Shown here piece after piece: positions 1 through 10,371 of a DNA stretch of 64,000 nucleotides. Numbering within the stretch: position 1 is the first letter of the stretch; each line of letters begins with the position of its first letter. The position numbers and the translations under genes were made by a program. Location: positions 558 through 64,557 of the forward strand of contig JAWOGM010000054.1 of assembly GCA_046496795.1 (NCBI GenBank), given 5' to 3'. The stretch is from Thermoplasmatota archaeon. Lineage in GTDB: Archaea; Thermoplasmatota; E2; DHVEG-1. Under the pieces are notes generated by a model. It saw only the letters and a program-made list of their open reading frames with translations, ran no database searches and had not been told where the DNA came from.

Positions 1-1
1 T

Positions 2-2605
2 ACAAATAACGATGAGAAGACGTTTCCAAATCCCGGGGATTGGCAGGGAATCTATATAGAAGAAGATGGCTCAGTATTTGAGAACTGCAGTTTTTATTAT
101 TGTGGTCCCAATCAAGCAATCGAGATATGGGATTCATCCGTAAAGATACATAAATCACTATTTGCACATAATCACGGTGCCGCTTTAAATGCAAGAAAGG
201 CTACACAAAGAACCATAATTTCTAATACTACTTTTTATGAAAACGAGAAACCACTTTCCATCAATACCGCATTTGACATTGACGATTCTAATCGTTTTCA
301 TAATCCTCAAAATCCTTCACAGAATAACACCTATAACGGTATTTTTTTAGAATACACTTCAAGCTTTAAAAATAATGTGACCTGGTTAGAAACTGAGGTG
401 CCTTTTGTCATTGATCATAATGATCTTTGGATTGAGGAGGATGCATCTTTAACTCTTGGTGATACTGTTATCCTCAAGTTTATTCCTGGAAGTAAAATCA
501 CTCATTATCATAATATCATAAATCATGATGGAGCAGGAGTTATATTCACCTCCTACCTTGATGACATATATGGTGGTGACACCAACAATGATGGTTCAGC
601 TACCATTCCAACACAAGGAGAATGGAGATTCTACAATCTTGAAGAGCAGGCTGTTTGGTCTAATGTATATTATGCTGGTGATAAAAAACCTGAGGCATCT
701 GGACCAGATGAGTATCTGATGCCGGTAATTGCTTTCTGGTCTGACCCGCCTCTTATTTCACAAGGTGAATCTGCTACGCTTCATTGGAACGTGTTTTTTT
801 CTAATGATATCCTGTTAAATAACGAGAAGGTATCATCAGAAGGTCAAATGACCGTCTCCCCTTCCACGAGTGTTATTTATGATCTAACTGCAAGCAGTGG
901 TGATATCACTGTTAACAGTAATGCAATTGTTCTTGTTCAAGAAAACGATACCTATATTCAATTACCATATCATCCGGGGATTGTTCAACCTCAACCAGTT
1001 AGTGGACATATAATATCAGGTCTTTCAGCACAACAAATGGCAAGTGCAGAAGATCCTTTGTATGTAAGAATTACTCTTGATTCCCTTTATTGTAAAGCTG
1101 AATCAGTGTGGGATCATTTCACAGATTCTGATGAGAATTATATGCTGGTTACAGGGTTCGCCAGTCACCTTACTCCTAACGCATGGTCAACAGGCACTCC
1201 TCATTTGTTTGATGATATTGATAGTGGTGAAAACCGTCGGTTCAGGGCTTCACAGCGATTGGTTTATGAGGGAGAAATAATACCTGATGAAGTTATTGGA
1301 TTTAATGTTGTTCTTTTTGAGCAGGACGGATGGGATGATGCCATTCATCAGGATATGTCAGACTGGTTAACATCGGAGATTAGTATTGGTGTTGGAGCAG
1401 CAGTGGGCGCAGGGATTGGAACAGCGGTAATACCTCTTATCGGAACAGCAGTGGGAGCGGCAGTGGGAGCTTTTCTGCAGTGGACATTTGGGTATTTAAT
1501 AAATGTTATCGCTGGGGGAGGTGATGATTTTGTCGCTGAAGAAACGGTCATACTCAGCTATGACTATTTGTATCAGTGCGCTCAAGAAGACGTGCATAAA
1601 GCAATGATACTTAACCTCGATGGAGGTGATGAAGGAAGATTTGAATTACGCTGGCATATAGAATTTGATAGAGATGCAAGCAGTGCTTTTGCCCACAGGT
1701 TTACCAATTGGGATGAACTCGTCGCGGGAGACTTGATTGGAGATTCAAAAGATGAAATAGTGATTGTTATTGATGAGGATGCATCTGGAAATAATGGCAG
1801 GTTCTATATTCTTGATGAACGTGGGACCCCTCTCAGTGTTTTTGATGGTTTCTACACTCATAATGACCGTGTAGCAATTGGGGATATTTGTTTGGATTCA
1901 TCAAATGAAATTATTGTAAGCTCTACTAAGGATGGTGGAAGATTTTATGTCTATAACAGTGATGGTGAAGAACTTATTTATCTACCATCTGAAAAATATC
2001 GATTTACTAAATATGATGGCTTTGCTGTAGGAATGGTGCTCATTGGCGAAACTAAGGAACAAATAATAGTTGCAAATGATGGAGAGAACAAGATTTATCT
2101 GTTCAATAACCTCGGAAGAGATTTAGGATCGTTTGAACTTGATTGGAATTTTGATGGATGCCGGTATACCGTGAACCATCCAGATTCAAATAGACATGAT
2201 GTATTCCTGGTGGGTGATGTTATGGGCGATTCCCGTGAAGAAATAGTGATGATTGATTGCCATAATGAAGAAAGCGTTGTTTATGTGTATAATTCATATG
2301 GGCATTATGGGCATAAGTTACAAAAAACTTTTAACGTATATCTGAGTAGATATGATGGAGCCATCCTTGCAGATGTATCAGGAGATAGCAAAAAGGAACT
2401 TGTTATCGGTACTGATGGCGGTGATGGATCCAAAGCATATGCTTTACGTATTTATGACATTGAACGTGGTGAACAGATAAGTACTCGCCACTGGCCATGG
2501 TTTACTAAATACGATGGTTTTGCATCTGGAAAGGTTTTTGGACCGGGAAAAGATTGTTTTATAGTAGCTACCGATCAGGATAACATAGTATATATTGGAA
2601 AATAA
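2..2605 (+). CDS. Large extracellular protein, 5'-truncated by window edge: beta-helix region, Ig-like domain, glycine-zipper segment, C-terminal FG-GAP/VCBS-like propeller repeats
   Basis: The frame of ORF 377..2605 is open back to base 2 (TNNDEKTFPNPGDWQGIYIEEDG...). It has an FTSYLDDIYGGDTNNDG motif, a GVGAAVGAGIGTAVIPLIGTAVGAAVG zipper and repeated GD-x-x-GD-x-x-(D/E)EI units. Confidence 0.7.
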   Translation, partial: TNNDEKTFPNPGDWQGIYIEEDGSVFENCSFYYCGPNQAIEIWDSSVKIHKSLFAHNHGAALNARKATQRTIISNTTFYENEKPLSINTAFDIDDSNRFHNPQNPSQNNTYNGIFLEYTSSFKNNVTWLETEVPFVIDHNDLWIEEDASLTLGDTVILKFIPGSKITHYHNIINHDGAGVIFTSYLDDIYGGDTNNDGSATIPTQGEWRFYNLEEQAVWSNVYYAGDKKPEASGPDEYLMPVIAFWSDPPLISQGESATLHWNVFFSNDILLNNEKVSSEGQMTVSPSTSVIYDLTASSGDITVNSNAIVLVQENDTYIQLPYHPGIVQPQPVSGHIISGLSAQQMASAEDPLYVRITLDSLYCKAESVWDHFTDSDENYMLVTGFASHLTPNAWSTGTPHLFDDIDSGENRRFRASQRLVYEGEIIPDEVIGFNVVLFEQDGWDDAIHQDMSDWLTSEISIGVGAAVGAGIGTAVIPLIGTAVGAAVGAFLQWTFGYLINVIAGGGDDFVAEETVILSYDYLYQCAQEDVHKAMILNLDGGDEGRFELRWHIEFDRDASSAFAHRFTNWDELVAGDLIGDSKDEIVIVIDEDASGNNGRFYILDERGTPLSVFDGFYTHNDRVAIGDICLDSSNEIIVSSTKDGGRFYVYNSDGEELIYLPSEKYRFTKYDGFAVGMVLIGETKEQIIVANDGENKIYLFNNLGRDLGSFELDWNFDGCRYTVNHPDSNRHDVFLVGDVMGDSREEIVMIDCHNEESVVYVYNSYGHYGHKLQKTFNVYLSRYDGAILADVSGDSKKELVIGTDGGDGSKAYALRIYDIERGEQISTRHWPWFTKYDGFASGKVFGPGKDCFIVATDQDNIVYIGK

Positions 2606-2815
2606 TTTTATACATGCCATTCGCATGCAGAGAAGTAATCAGAATAGAGAGAGAATTCAAAAAAAACTTTAAATGGAACTCCAACTCAAAGAAAAAATAT
2701 AAAGAGATGCCCCTCAGATTTCCTAAACAATCTCTTTTCATATTTTTAACATAATAGAAAATAGGATACTTACCATAAGCTAATCTAATAAATAATAAAA
2801 TTATTTGGTACCACA

Positions 2816-4177
2816 ATGTCTAAATTTAAAACCTCTCTTTTTATATTTAGAAGAGACCTTCGTTTACACGATAATACAGCGCTACTGCATGCTTTAAAAC
2901 AATCAGAAAAAGTAATACCTCTTTTTATTATTGATGATCTACAGCAAAACCATCCTTACTTTAGTAGTAATGCTTTTGAATTCATGATTAACTCACTAAA
3001 AGAGTTAAAAAAACAAATTCAAAAAAAAGGATCAGGTCTCCTGATAATAAAAGGAGAAGTACTTGGCGTTCTTAACAATTTAAAAAAGGATACCAGTTAT
3101 GAATCAATACATGTAAATCAAGATTATACGCCCTTTAGTAAAAAAAGAGATGCATCAATAGCCCAGTTTTGTCAGCAGAAAAAAATATCATTTTATACTC
3201 ATCATGATTGCCTATTAAACACTCCCGGTGAAATACTAAATAATCAGCAAAAAATGTTTAAAATTTTTAAATCTTTTAAGCAACAAGCAATGAAAAAACA
3301 GGTTGAAAAACCAAAAGAAAATAGCTTTGATAACTATGCTGATCCTAAAATAAATCAACTATCCCTAGATTCATTAATCAAAGAAAAGAATCCTCATTTA
3401 TTCTTAAAAGGTGGGAGTTCTGAGGCAGTATCACTTTTAAAACTATTCAAAAACAAAGATAACTACACCGCCCGTAAAGATTTCATGTATAGTAATGCCA
3501 CATCAAAATTATCCGCCCATTTAAAATTTGGAACAATATCAATCAGAGAGGTATATCAGTATATAAAAAACAATTTTTCAATTGACCATGAGTTTATTTC
3601 TCAATTGTATTGGAGAGATTTTTTTCACCATATAGCAGATAGTTATCCTGATGTTTTTGGAAATGCAGGTAATAAAAAATTAAATAAAATAAAATGGTGG
3701 GGATCAAAACAAGAATTTAAAGCATGGAAAAAAGGAGAAACTGGTTATCCGCTAGTAGATGCAGGCATGAGACAATTACAAAAAACCGGATGGATGCATG
3801 GACGAGTAAGAATGATAACAGCATGTTTTCTTGTAAAAAACCTAGGTATTGACTGGCGTTTGGGAGAACAATATTTTGCCCAGAATCTCATTGACTATGA
3901 TCCTTGTGTCAACAATGGCAATTGGCAATGGGTTGCATCAACTGGGCATGTTGCGCAGCCTTATTTTAGAATATTTAATCCCTTCTTACAACAACAAAAA
4001 TATGATCCAGAATGCTTGTATATAAAAGAGTGGGTTGATGAATTAAAACAATATGATAAAAAAAGAATACATACCATTTTATCAAATCCTATATCTGGAT
4101 ATAATAAACCGATAATTGATTATAAAAAATCTATTAAAAAATCCAATAAAGCGTATAAAAACGCATTTCATGCTTAA
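2816..4177 (+). CDS. phrB: Deoxyribodipyrimidine photolyase / cryptochrome family
   Basis: FRRDLRLHDN, TSKLSAHLKFG, QLYWRDFF, GETGYPLVDAGMRQL, WMHGRVRMI, DYDPCVNNGNWQW, RIFNP motifs. Confidence 0.93.
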   Translation: MSKFKTSLFIFRRDLRLHDNTALLHALKQSEKVIPLFIIDDLQQNHPYFSSNAFEFMINSLKELKKQIQKKGSGLLIIKGEVLGVLNNLKKDTSYESIHVNQDYTPFSKKRDASIAQFCQQKKISFYTHHDCLLNTPGEILNNQQKMFKIFKSFKQQAMKKQVEKPKENSFDNYADPKINQLSLDSLIKEKNPHLFLKGGSSEAVSLLKLFKNKDNYTARKDFMYSNATSKLSAHLKFGTISIREVYQYIKNNFSIDHEFISQLYWRDFFHHIADSYPDVFGNAGNKKLNKIKWWGSKQEFKAWKKGETGYPLVDAGMRQLQKTGWMHGRVRMITACFLVKNLGIDWRLGEQYFAQNLIDYDPCVNNGNWQWVASTGHVAQPYFRIFNPFLQQQKYDPECLYIKEWVDELKQYDKKRIHTILSNPISGYNKPIIDYKKSIKKSNKAYKNAFHA

Positions 4178-4264
4178 AGAAAAAGATAGTATTGCTAGAT
4201 TATTGATTTTTATTCATCCTTTTTAATGTACATACAAAAAGAAGTAGATTTTATATGAAAAAAA

Positions 4265-4336
4265 TGCGGATACCGGGATTCGAACCCGAGCAAATGGCTT
4301 GGGAAGCCACTATCATAACCACTAGATCATATCCGC
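4265..4336 (-). tRNA. tRNA-Gly(CCC)
   Basis: Reverse complement folds as a cloverleaf: GCGGATA/TATCCGC acceptor stem, GTGGC-TTCCCAA-GCCAT anticodon arm, GGTTCGAATCC T arm. CCA not encoded. Confidence 0.95.
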
Positions 4337-4529
4337 TTTGTTGACATAAATAATATTCATAATCATTATTTTCTTTTAATTTCTATGAAATAGTTAAAAC
4401 ACATTTTACTTTTTCTATCTTTCATTGATCTTTTATTACAACAAATATAGTTATAAATCAATTGTACTAACAATTTAGGCAGGAAAAAACTTTTCTAGTT
4501 GTAATTGGATATACTCTTAGACAAGAGAG

Positions 4530-4883
4530 ATGGGATGCCTGATGAACAAAGAAATTTCAATAAAGATAGATTATAAATTATTTGAGAAGTTAAATAATAA
4601 TGAACTTAGTAGTAAAGATATTGTAAGCAAAGCACTACATCAATTTTTTGAAAATGAAAAGCAAGATAAGGAAATTGTGACAACCTTAACGCAAAATGTA
4701 AAAGAATTAGAGAAACAAAAAGAATTATTAGAAATAGATTATGCCTGCCTCAGAGGTGAAAATAAAATAATGCAGACGAGAATAGACGATCTGGCTCGAT
4801 TATACCCCTCTGCTGTTACATTACTTGGAAAAACATCTGAATTTCAATCAAGTAAAAGAAAGATGAAGTTTTTCAAAAAATAA
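4530..4883 (+). CDS. Hypothetical protein: RHH-like N-terminus, coiled coil, basic/aromatic C-tail
   Basis: ISIKIDYKLFEKL...SKDIVSKALHQFF pattern, heptad-like middle region, ends KRKMKFFKK. Start may be ATG 4542. Confidence 0.6.
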   Translation: MGCLMNKEISIKIDYKLFEKLNNNELSSKDIVSKALHQFFENEKQDKEIVTTLTQNVKELEKQKELLEIDYACLRGENKIMQTRIDDLARLYPSAVTLLGKTSEFQSSKRKMKFFKK

Positions 4884-4987
4884 TAATATTTTGCTTTAAA
4901 TAAAAAATATTTATGTTTTGAGTTAATTTATTAAAGAAAAAAAGAATAATTGAATTAGACCTTTTGATTTAATTCAACTTTTCCTTA

Positions 4988-6022
4988 TTATTTGTTTTTC
5001 TGTGCTTTTTGTTGAGCGTTCTGCTGTTTTAATTGTTGGGATTTATTTTCTTCTTGTGTTCTGGCAGCTATTAGGCAGCCTCTGGATACTGAAAGGAGAG
5101 GATCCTTGACATGCTTTATTTTGGATAGTTCTACCTTTAGTTTTGCTTCTCTTAATTTTTTCTCAAATAATTCAAAGAATCCATCTGGCTGCGCGCTTCC
5201 TCCTGCAATTGCAACGGGAAATGCTACTTTTGGCGGAGTTATTTCTGAAAGCTTTCGATCTAAATTTTTAATTACATATGTCATTAACGCATCGTAATAA
5301 ACAGTTAGTGCACCTTCAATACTGCCCATCTTAACTTCTTTGTTTAATTTAGAAATTTTTTCTTTTGAGTGGGTAATATGTTCTTTGGGCAAGCCAGTTG
5401 CTTTAGCAACTTGTTGGTCAATCCAATCTCCACCTCTGGATATACTAAACGACATTAGAGGTGTGGCCAGATATGCAAGTGTAACATTAGTTAGACCCGC
5501 ACCTACGCTAATTCCTATTCCTGTAAAATCGTAATCTGCTAGCTCTGAGTAAATCACAGCCAAACCCTCGTCAATTACATGCGTTTCATATTTCAATCCC
5601 TTGAGTAATGCTTCCATGGTTTTTTTATGATATAAAACATTCATGTCTGCATCGATTGGATCTGCTGGTGTTGAAATGTATAATACCTCGTTTTGAATAA
5701 TTGGCTGTCCTAAAACTCTTTCAATTATTAATTTCATAATAGGTATTGCTTCTTTCTCTTTAGGACTTATTATACCCTGCGTCATTGGTCTTCGTGCATC
5801 TTTCTCAAAAATAGTAGCGAATTTAAACGCGTCTTCCCCTATAAGAGAGATGCCTTTCTCATTTTCTATATAGAGTACTTTTGAGGTATCTAACATATTC
5901 TTTGTAAGATCGGTGGAGTCAAGCTCCATAAAAGCGTTTCTCTGCTGCGTAAAAACTATATCGTCTCGATCTTTTCGAGCGCATATAATATTCATGGTCC
6001 CAATATCAAGACCTTTTGCCAT
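4988..6022 (-). CDS. Actin-fold ATPase, volactin-like
   Basis: GLDIGTMN phosphate-1, ISVGAGLTN phosphate-2 and AGGS adenosine motifs. Resembles haloarchaeal volactin as recalled (QQRNAF, RRPMxxGI, PADPID, RGGDWID). Confidence 0.8.
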   Translation of the reverse strand: MAKGLDIGTMNIICARKDRDDIVFTQQRNAFMELDSTDLTKNMLDTSKVLYIENEKGISLIGEDAFKFATIFEKDARRPMTQGIISPKEKEAIPIMKLIIERVLGQPIIQNEVLYISTPADPIDADMNVLYHKKTMEALLKGLKYETHVIDEGLAVIYSELADYDFTGIGISVGAGLTNVTLAYLATPLMSFSISRGGDWIDQQVAKATGLPKEHITHSKEKISKLNKEVKMGSIEGALTVYYDALMTYVIKNLDRKLSEITPPKVAFPVAIAGGSAQPDGFFELFEKKLREAKLKVELSKIKHVKDPLLSVSRGCLIAARTQEENKSQQLKQQNAQQKAQKNK

Positions 6023-6106
6023 TTCTACATCACCATCCTTTTAAATTTTTACAAAGCTAAGAGCGATAATTACTTTAAAAAGATTTCGGGAAAACATCTT
6101 CTATTT

Positions 6107-6928
6107 TTAGTGATTTTTTTGCTTAAATCTTTTAAAAAACCCTTTCTTTTGATTTTCTTTTGAAATAGTTTTGGCTAATTGCAATGAAGCTTTCTCAATA
6201 CCAAATGAACCAAATTTCTCAGTTGCAGCTGGCCCTAGTGCATGTGATAAGCTTAAAACTTCATGCATATCATCCTTGACCCGAATTTCAACTCCAGCAG
6301 ATTTAGGGACCGTTTTTCCAACTATTATATCCTTTGGAAGTTCTTCTAATTCAAATTGCAATTCGTTTACAGCAGATTCAATACTTTTTTGAGTTGCTTC
6401 TTCTATATCCCGCTGGATTTCCTCGTCTGTGTATAAATGAGATTTTTCTTTCAATGTTGTTTGGTAAACAGACTTATTTCCAATTATCCACACTATAACG
6501 CTAGCAAATGCATTTCCCAGCAATAACAGAAAACCAAGAACGTAAAGTCCATAAATATAACTAACAAGTGGATAATAAAAATTATTAAGATAATTTGTGT
6601 AAAATAAATAAATAGCTAATGAGGAAAAGAAAATACTAGCAATAATAATTGCATAATCCTTTTTAGTTTGTCTAATCATCAGATTTATTCCTACTAATAG
6701 AAGGATAATTCCGATAGATATCGAAAGGATAGTATGGAATATTTGCATTGCTTCAGATCCATAATGTAATTGATAAAACATAACAAGAGAAGAACCTAAA
6801 ATAATGAGTACTATGCCGGCTGCAAACACTGCTGATCCTAAATAATAGATTGATGCCCCTCGACTGGATAATTTATCAGAATCATTAAACTCAGCATTTA
6901 CAGAATCGTTTTGCATCACACCATCCAT
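6107..6928 (-). CDS. 4-TM membrane protein with cytoplasmic tail, CdpA/DUF7139-like N-terminal domain
   Basis: Four hydrophobic helices (YYLGSAVFAAGIVLIILG... LFYTNY... LYVLG), acidic tail, amphipathic end KKGFFKRFK. Start ATG 6928 or 6916. Confidence 0.55.
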   Translation of the reverse strand: MDGVMQNDSVNAEFNDSDKLSSRGASIYYLGSAVFAAGIVLIILGSSLVMFYQLHYGSEAMQIFHTILSISIGIILLLVGINLMIRQTKKDYAIIIASIFFSSLAIYLFYTNYLNNFYYPLVSYIYGLYVLGFLLLLGNAFASVIVWIIGNKSVYQTTLKEKSHLYTDEEIQRDIEEATQKSIESAVNELQFELEELPKDIIVGKTVPKSAGVEIRVKDDMHEVLSLSHALGPAATEKFGSFGIEKASLQLAKTISKENQKKGFFKRFKQKNH

Positions 6929-7144
6929 TAAGTAAATGCGAATTCTTATATAAAAGGATTTGTAGTTGTGATACATCTTATATACGCTTTTTTATGCCGA
7001 ATTGTGTTTTACGTTTTTTAATTAATTTATCTTTTCATGGAAAACATGTATTGTGTATAGACAATTTTTCTAAAAGTGGTTTGTGCCTCTCTTTTAACTT
7101 TTCCAATCCATTAAGTAGTCTATTTTTTTCAAATTATTAACTAC

Positions 7145-7675
7145 TTATTTGCTTTCTTTATGTTTGTTTTTCCCTTCAAATGATTCTTCAATCTCTTTTC
7201 CTATATCTTCAAATTTTTTGATTTCATCTTCATGCATAATGCCCCACCGAGCCCAGATAGTACCAAGACAACCACCTATGAATAAAATAACTACAAGCAC
7301 TACAGCAATATTTTGCCATACCGTAAAAGGAAGGGCATAAAACCAAAACCATACAATTAAAAAGATAAGCCCAAAAAACGGTAGTAATATCGATACTGCA
7401 ATACGCCATTTAAAACCTTTAATACGAAGCATCTCCCAACCCTCTTGGGGAATCTTTTTTAAACTCCATACAGCCCACATACCCCCAACTATCAAAAATA
7501 AAAGCAAAGTTGACAACAACAGAATAGCTAAATTTTGCTCCCAGACATAATTAGATGCAAAAAAAGCGAGCCAAAGAATAATAAAAATAAGCCAACCAAC
7601 ACCGGTAATAATTGAAACTGTTGGTTTGTATCCTAAATCTTCAGTTTTACATTCATTCATAAATATCTTCTCCAT
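7145..7675 (-). CDS. Membrane protein with two-fold internal repeat
   Basis: Two copies of VSI...LIF...W..F.A...W.QN.A......GG....WA.W. Confidence 0.75.
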   Translation of the reverse strand: MEKIFMNECKTEDLGYKPTVSIITGVGWLIFIILWLAFFASNYVWEQNLAILLLSTLLLFLIVGGMWAVWSLKKIPQEGWEMLRIKGFKWRIAVSILLPFFGLIFLIVWFWFYALPFTVWQNIAVVLVVILFIGGCLGTIWARWGIMHEDEIKKFEDIGKEIEESFEGKNKHKESK

Positions 7676-7953
7676 CTACAATTATACGAGTATAGTTTCA
7701 TTATGTATGCCAAGTTAGGAATAAAAAATTAACTCTTTGTCTAACAAATTTATTTTATAAAAACCAATATCCTCTTAGATTTTTATCTCTAATTGATGTT
7801 ATCAATTAATCTAAATATTTTCTTTTAGGCATCGCTGAAACCCATTAAAAAAAAGAAACAATTATCTTACTAATAATCTAAAATTTCATTACTTATTCAA
7901 CTAGCAACATAATAACTATTTGGACCTAACAACAATATCGACAACATCTGATA

Positions 7954-8781
7954 CTATACATCCAATATTACAGAGACTTTATTTTTTAAATTAGATATAA
8001 TTTCATCTGATCTTTTTGGCGTTAAAGAAAGCCGTCTCATCGGTTTTAATAATTCAGCAATCCTTTGTGTCGATACCTCCCAAGAATGTACTTGCTTTGA
8101 AACCTGCAACGCTTTCCCATATTGTGCTGGATCATACATCATAATATGCCCTGGCTCAATAGCCAAAACGACATCAAAATGATGCAACCCATTCCAGGGC
8201 AAAAGGGCTTGATCGGCATAACTTTCGATTACAATAAAATCAAATTTTTTCTCTATTGCTTGATACGTATTTACCAAGGCTTTGTGATAATATTTCTGCG
8301 TTAGTTTATTTAAGGATTCTATATCAGAAATAGGCTGCGTAATATATGATTTTTCTACGATTTTTTTGAAATATCTTTTGTTGAGTTGTTGTCTATTGTG
8401 TTGATTTATCACCACAAGTTGTTCATTGTGCGATCCGCTCTGTAGGTTAATTCGATCCAAAATAAAATTAGGGAGATGAGTAATAGGATCAATGATCGAC
8501 GGTTCATTCCAGATGCGATGAATTGGATTTAATGATTCCTCACCAATGTTTATATCAGACTCTTTTTTTAAGAATTGCACATCTTTACTATAGATACGTC
8601 CTTGTTTTAGTGCTTCACTAATCATATCAAAATCATACCAGATATTATTTCCAGAAAAGGGTTTGAATCCAGAAACATTGAATTCTTCCTCTTTAAGATA
8701 TGAAATAACTGCCCTGGCAAGGGAAGTTTTTCCTGAATTTTTATTTTTTAATCCAATGATAAGTATATTTTGTGCCATCAT
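7954..8781 (-). CDS. Archaeal P-loop NTPase (COG4028-like)
   Basis: NSGKTSLA Walker A, FKPFSGNNIWY, NPIHRIW, VIESY. Confidence 0.75.
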   Translation of the reverse strand: MMAQNILIIGLKNKNSGKTSLARAVISYLKEEEFNVSGFKPFSGNNIWYDFDMISEALKQGRIYSKDVQFLKKESDINIGEESLNPIHRIWNEPSIIDPITHLPNFILDRINLQSGSHNEQLVVINQHNRQQLNKRYFKKIVEKSYITQPISDIESLNKLTQKYYHKALVNTYQAIEKKFDFIVIESYADQALLPWNGLHHFDVVLAIEPGHIMMYDPAQYGKALQVSKQVHSWEVSTQRIAELLKPMRRLSLTPKRSDEIISNLKNKVSVILDV

Positions 8782-8873
8782 GATATTAATTGCAGTATAT
8801 AATGTAAAAATGTTTTGAAAAAATTATAAGATAACATAATTATATTAATCTTAGTTCAATTATTAAGAAGACT

Positions 8874-10355
8874 GTGAGTAATATGATTACAATAACAGGT
8901 AAAAACATTATTGCAGGAATAAAATCCTCCAAAGGAAACAATAGTTATCACAGCATAAATCCCAAAACATTTGAAAGATCAAAAATAACTTTTACTGATG
9001 CTAATCAACACGAAATCGACAAAGCATTGGAAGAAGCAAAACTTAGTTTTATGAACCTACAATATAAGACAATACCCCTATTTTTGAAAGAGGTCTCCCA
9101 TCAAATTATGCAGTTAGGAGATCAACTCTTAGAGATAGCAAATTGGGAAACAGCCTTAGGACTCAAAAGATTGGAAAATGAACGAATAAGAACGTGTACC
9201 CAAATAGAAAAATTTGCAGAATATATTGAACAAGGAAATCATTGGGATATTTCTATTGATCAACAATCAAATATTAAAAGTATGAACGTACCAATTGGAC
9301 CTATCCTGGTATTCCCTGCTAGTAATTTTCCATTCGCATTTGGAGTATGTGGCGGAGATACGGTTTCAGCCTGGGCAGCGGGGTGCCCAGCCATTGTCAA
9401 GGCACATCCATCCCATCCACAAACCTCTGAATTATTTGCTCATGGCGTTAATAAAGCAATAGAAAAACAACAGATGCCAAAAGGTTTTTTCTCATTGCTA
9501 CACGGGAAAAATCCCAATGTATCAAAAAAGCTGGTCCTTCACCCTAGATTAGAAGCAATCGGGTTTACTGGATCATTTTCCGTTGGAAATTCTCTCTTTC
9601 AATTAGCAACATCCCGTACCAAACCTATACCAGTGTATGCTGAAATGGGTAGCATCAATCCAATGTTTATTGTTAGCTACCAAAATGATACTCCAGAAGA
9701 AATTGCAAATTCGATAACTATTGGATCAGGGCAATTTTGTACAAAACCAGGTGTTATTTTTGTTACTGAAGAAACAATAGACATTATCGGAAAAATCATT
9801 GAAAAAATCAAAAAAATAAAACAAGGAATTTTATTAAATGAAAATATAAAAAAAAGGCTAGCTACATCTGTTTATGAAACAAGACAGATAAAAAATGTCG
9901 AAGTTTTAGTGGGTGGAAATGAGATACCAAATCAGTGTTCATTTGACAATACTCTTTTAATAACAGATGCTAAAACATATTTGAAACACAATATTTTGCA
10001 TCATGAACATTTCGGACCAGTCGCACTATTTGTGAAATGTAAACATATAGAAGAATTTATAGAAATAGCCAAAACCCTTGAGGGGCAACTCACCGCATCG
10101 ATATATACGCAAGATACTGAAATGAATACTGTAAAGCCCTTATTTAAAGAACTTATACATAGAGTTGGAAGAATAATTATCAACGGAGTTCCAACCGGTG
10201 TGAAAGTATGTACAGCCATGACTCATGGAGGGCCATATCCAGCAACAACTGCCCCTCATACAACCTCGGTGGGAATGAAAGCAATTAGGAGATTTCTCCG
10301 CCCCATTTCGTTTCAGAATGTTCCAAGCAAATTATTGCCTGAACCATTGCAATAA
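8874..10355 (+). CDS. NADP-dependent aldehyde dehydrogenase, 2,5-dioxovalerate (KGSA) dehydrogenase-like
   Basis: ASNFPFAF, GGDTVSA, KAHPSHP, GFTGS, AEMGSINP, GQFCTKPG, EHFGP, HGGPYPATT. Confidence 0.9.
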   Translation: MSNMITITGKNIIAGIKSSKGNNSYHSINPKTFERSKITFTDANQHEIDKALEEAKLSFMNLQYKTIPLFLKEVSHQIMQLGDQLLEIANWETALGLKRLENERIRTCTQIEKFAEYIEQGNHWDISIDQQSNIKSMNVPIGPILVFPASNFPFAFGVCGGDTVSAWAAGCPAIVKAHPSHPQTSELFAHGVNKAIEKQQMPKGFFSLLHGKNPNVSKKLVLHPRLEAIGFTGSFSVGNSLFQLATSRTKPIPVYAEMGSINPMFIVSYQNDTPEEIANSITIGSGQFCTKPGVIFVTEETIDIIGKIIEKIKKIKQGILLNENIKKRLATSVYETRQIKNVEVLVGGNEIPNQCSFDNTLLITDAKTYLKHNILHHEHFGPVALFVKCKHIEEFIEIAKTLEGQLTASIYTQDTEMNTVKPLFKELIHRVGRIIINGVPTGVKVCTAMTHGGPYPATTAPHTTSVGMKAIRRFLRPISFQNVPSKLLPEPLQ

Positions 10356-10371
10356 AAAAAAAGATTGAAAA

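Noticed and set aside
7790..7808. Inverted repeat TAATTGAT-GTT-ATCAATTA
   Set aside because: A single AT-rich palindrome with no second copy or obvious cognate regulator; could be chance.
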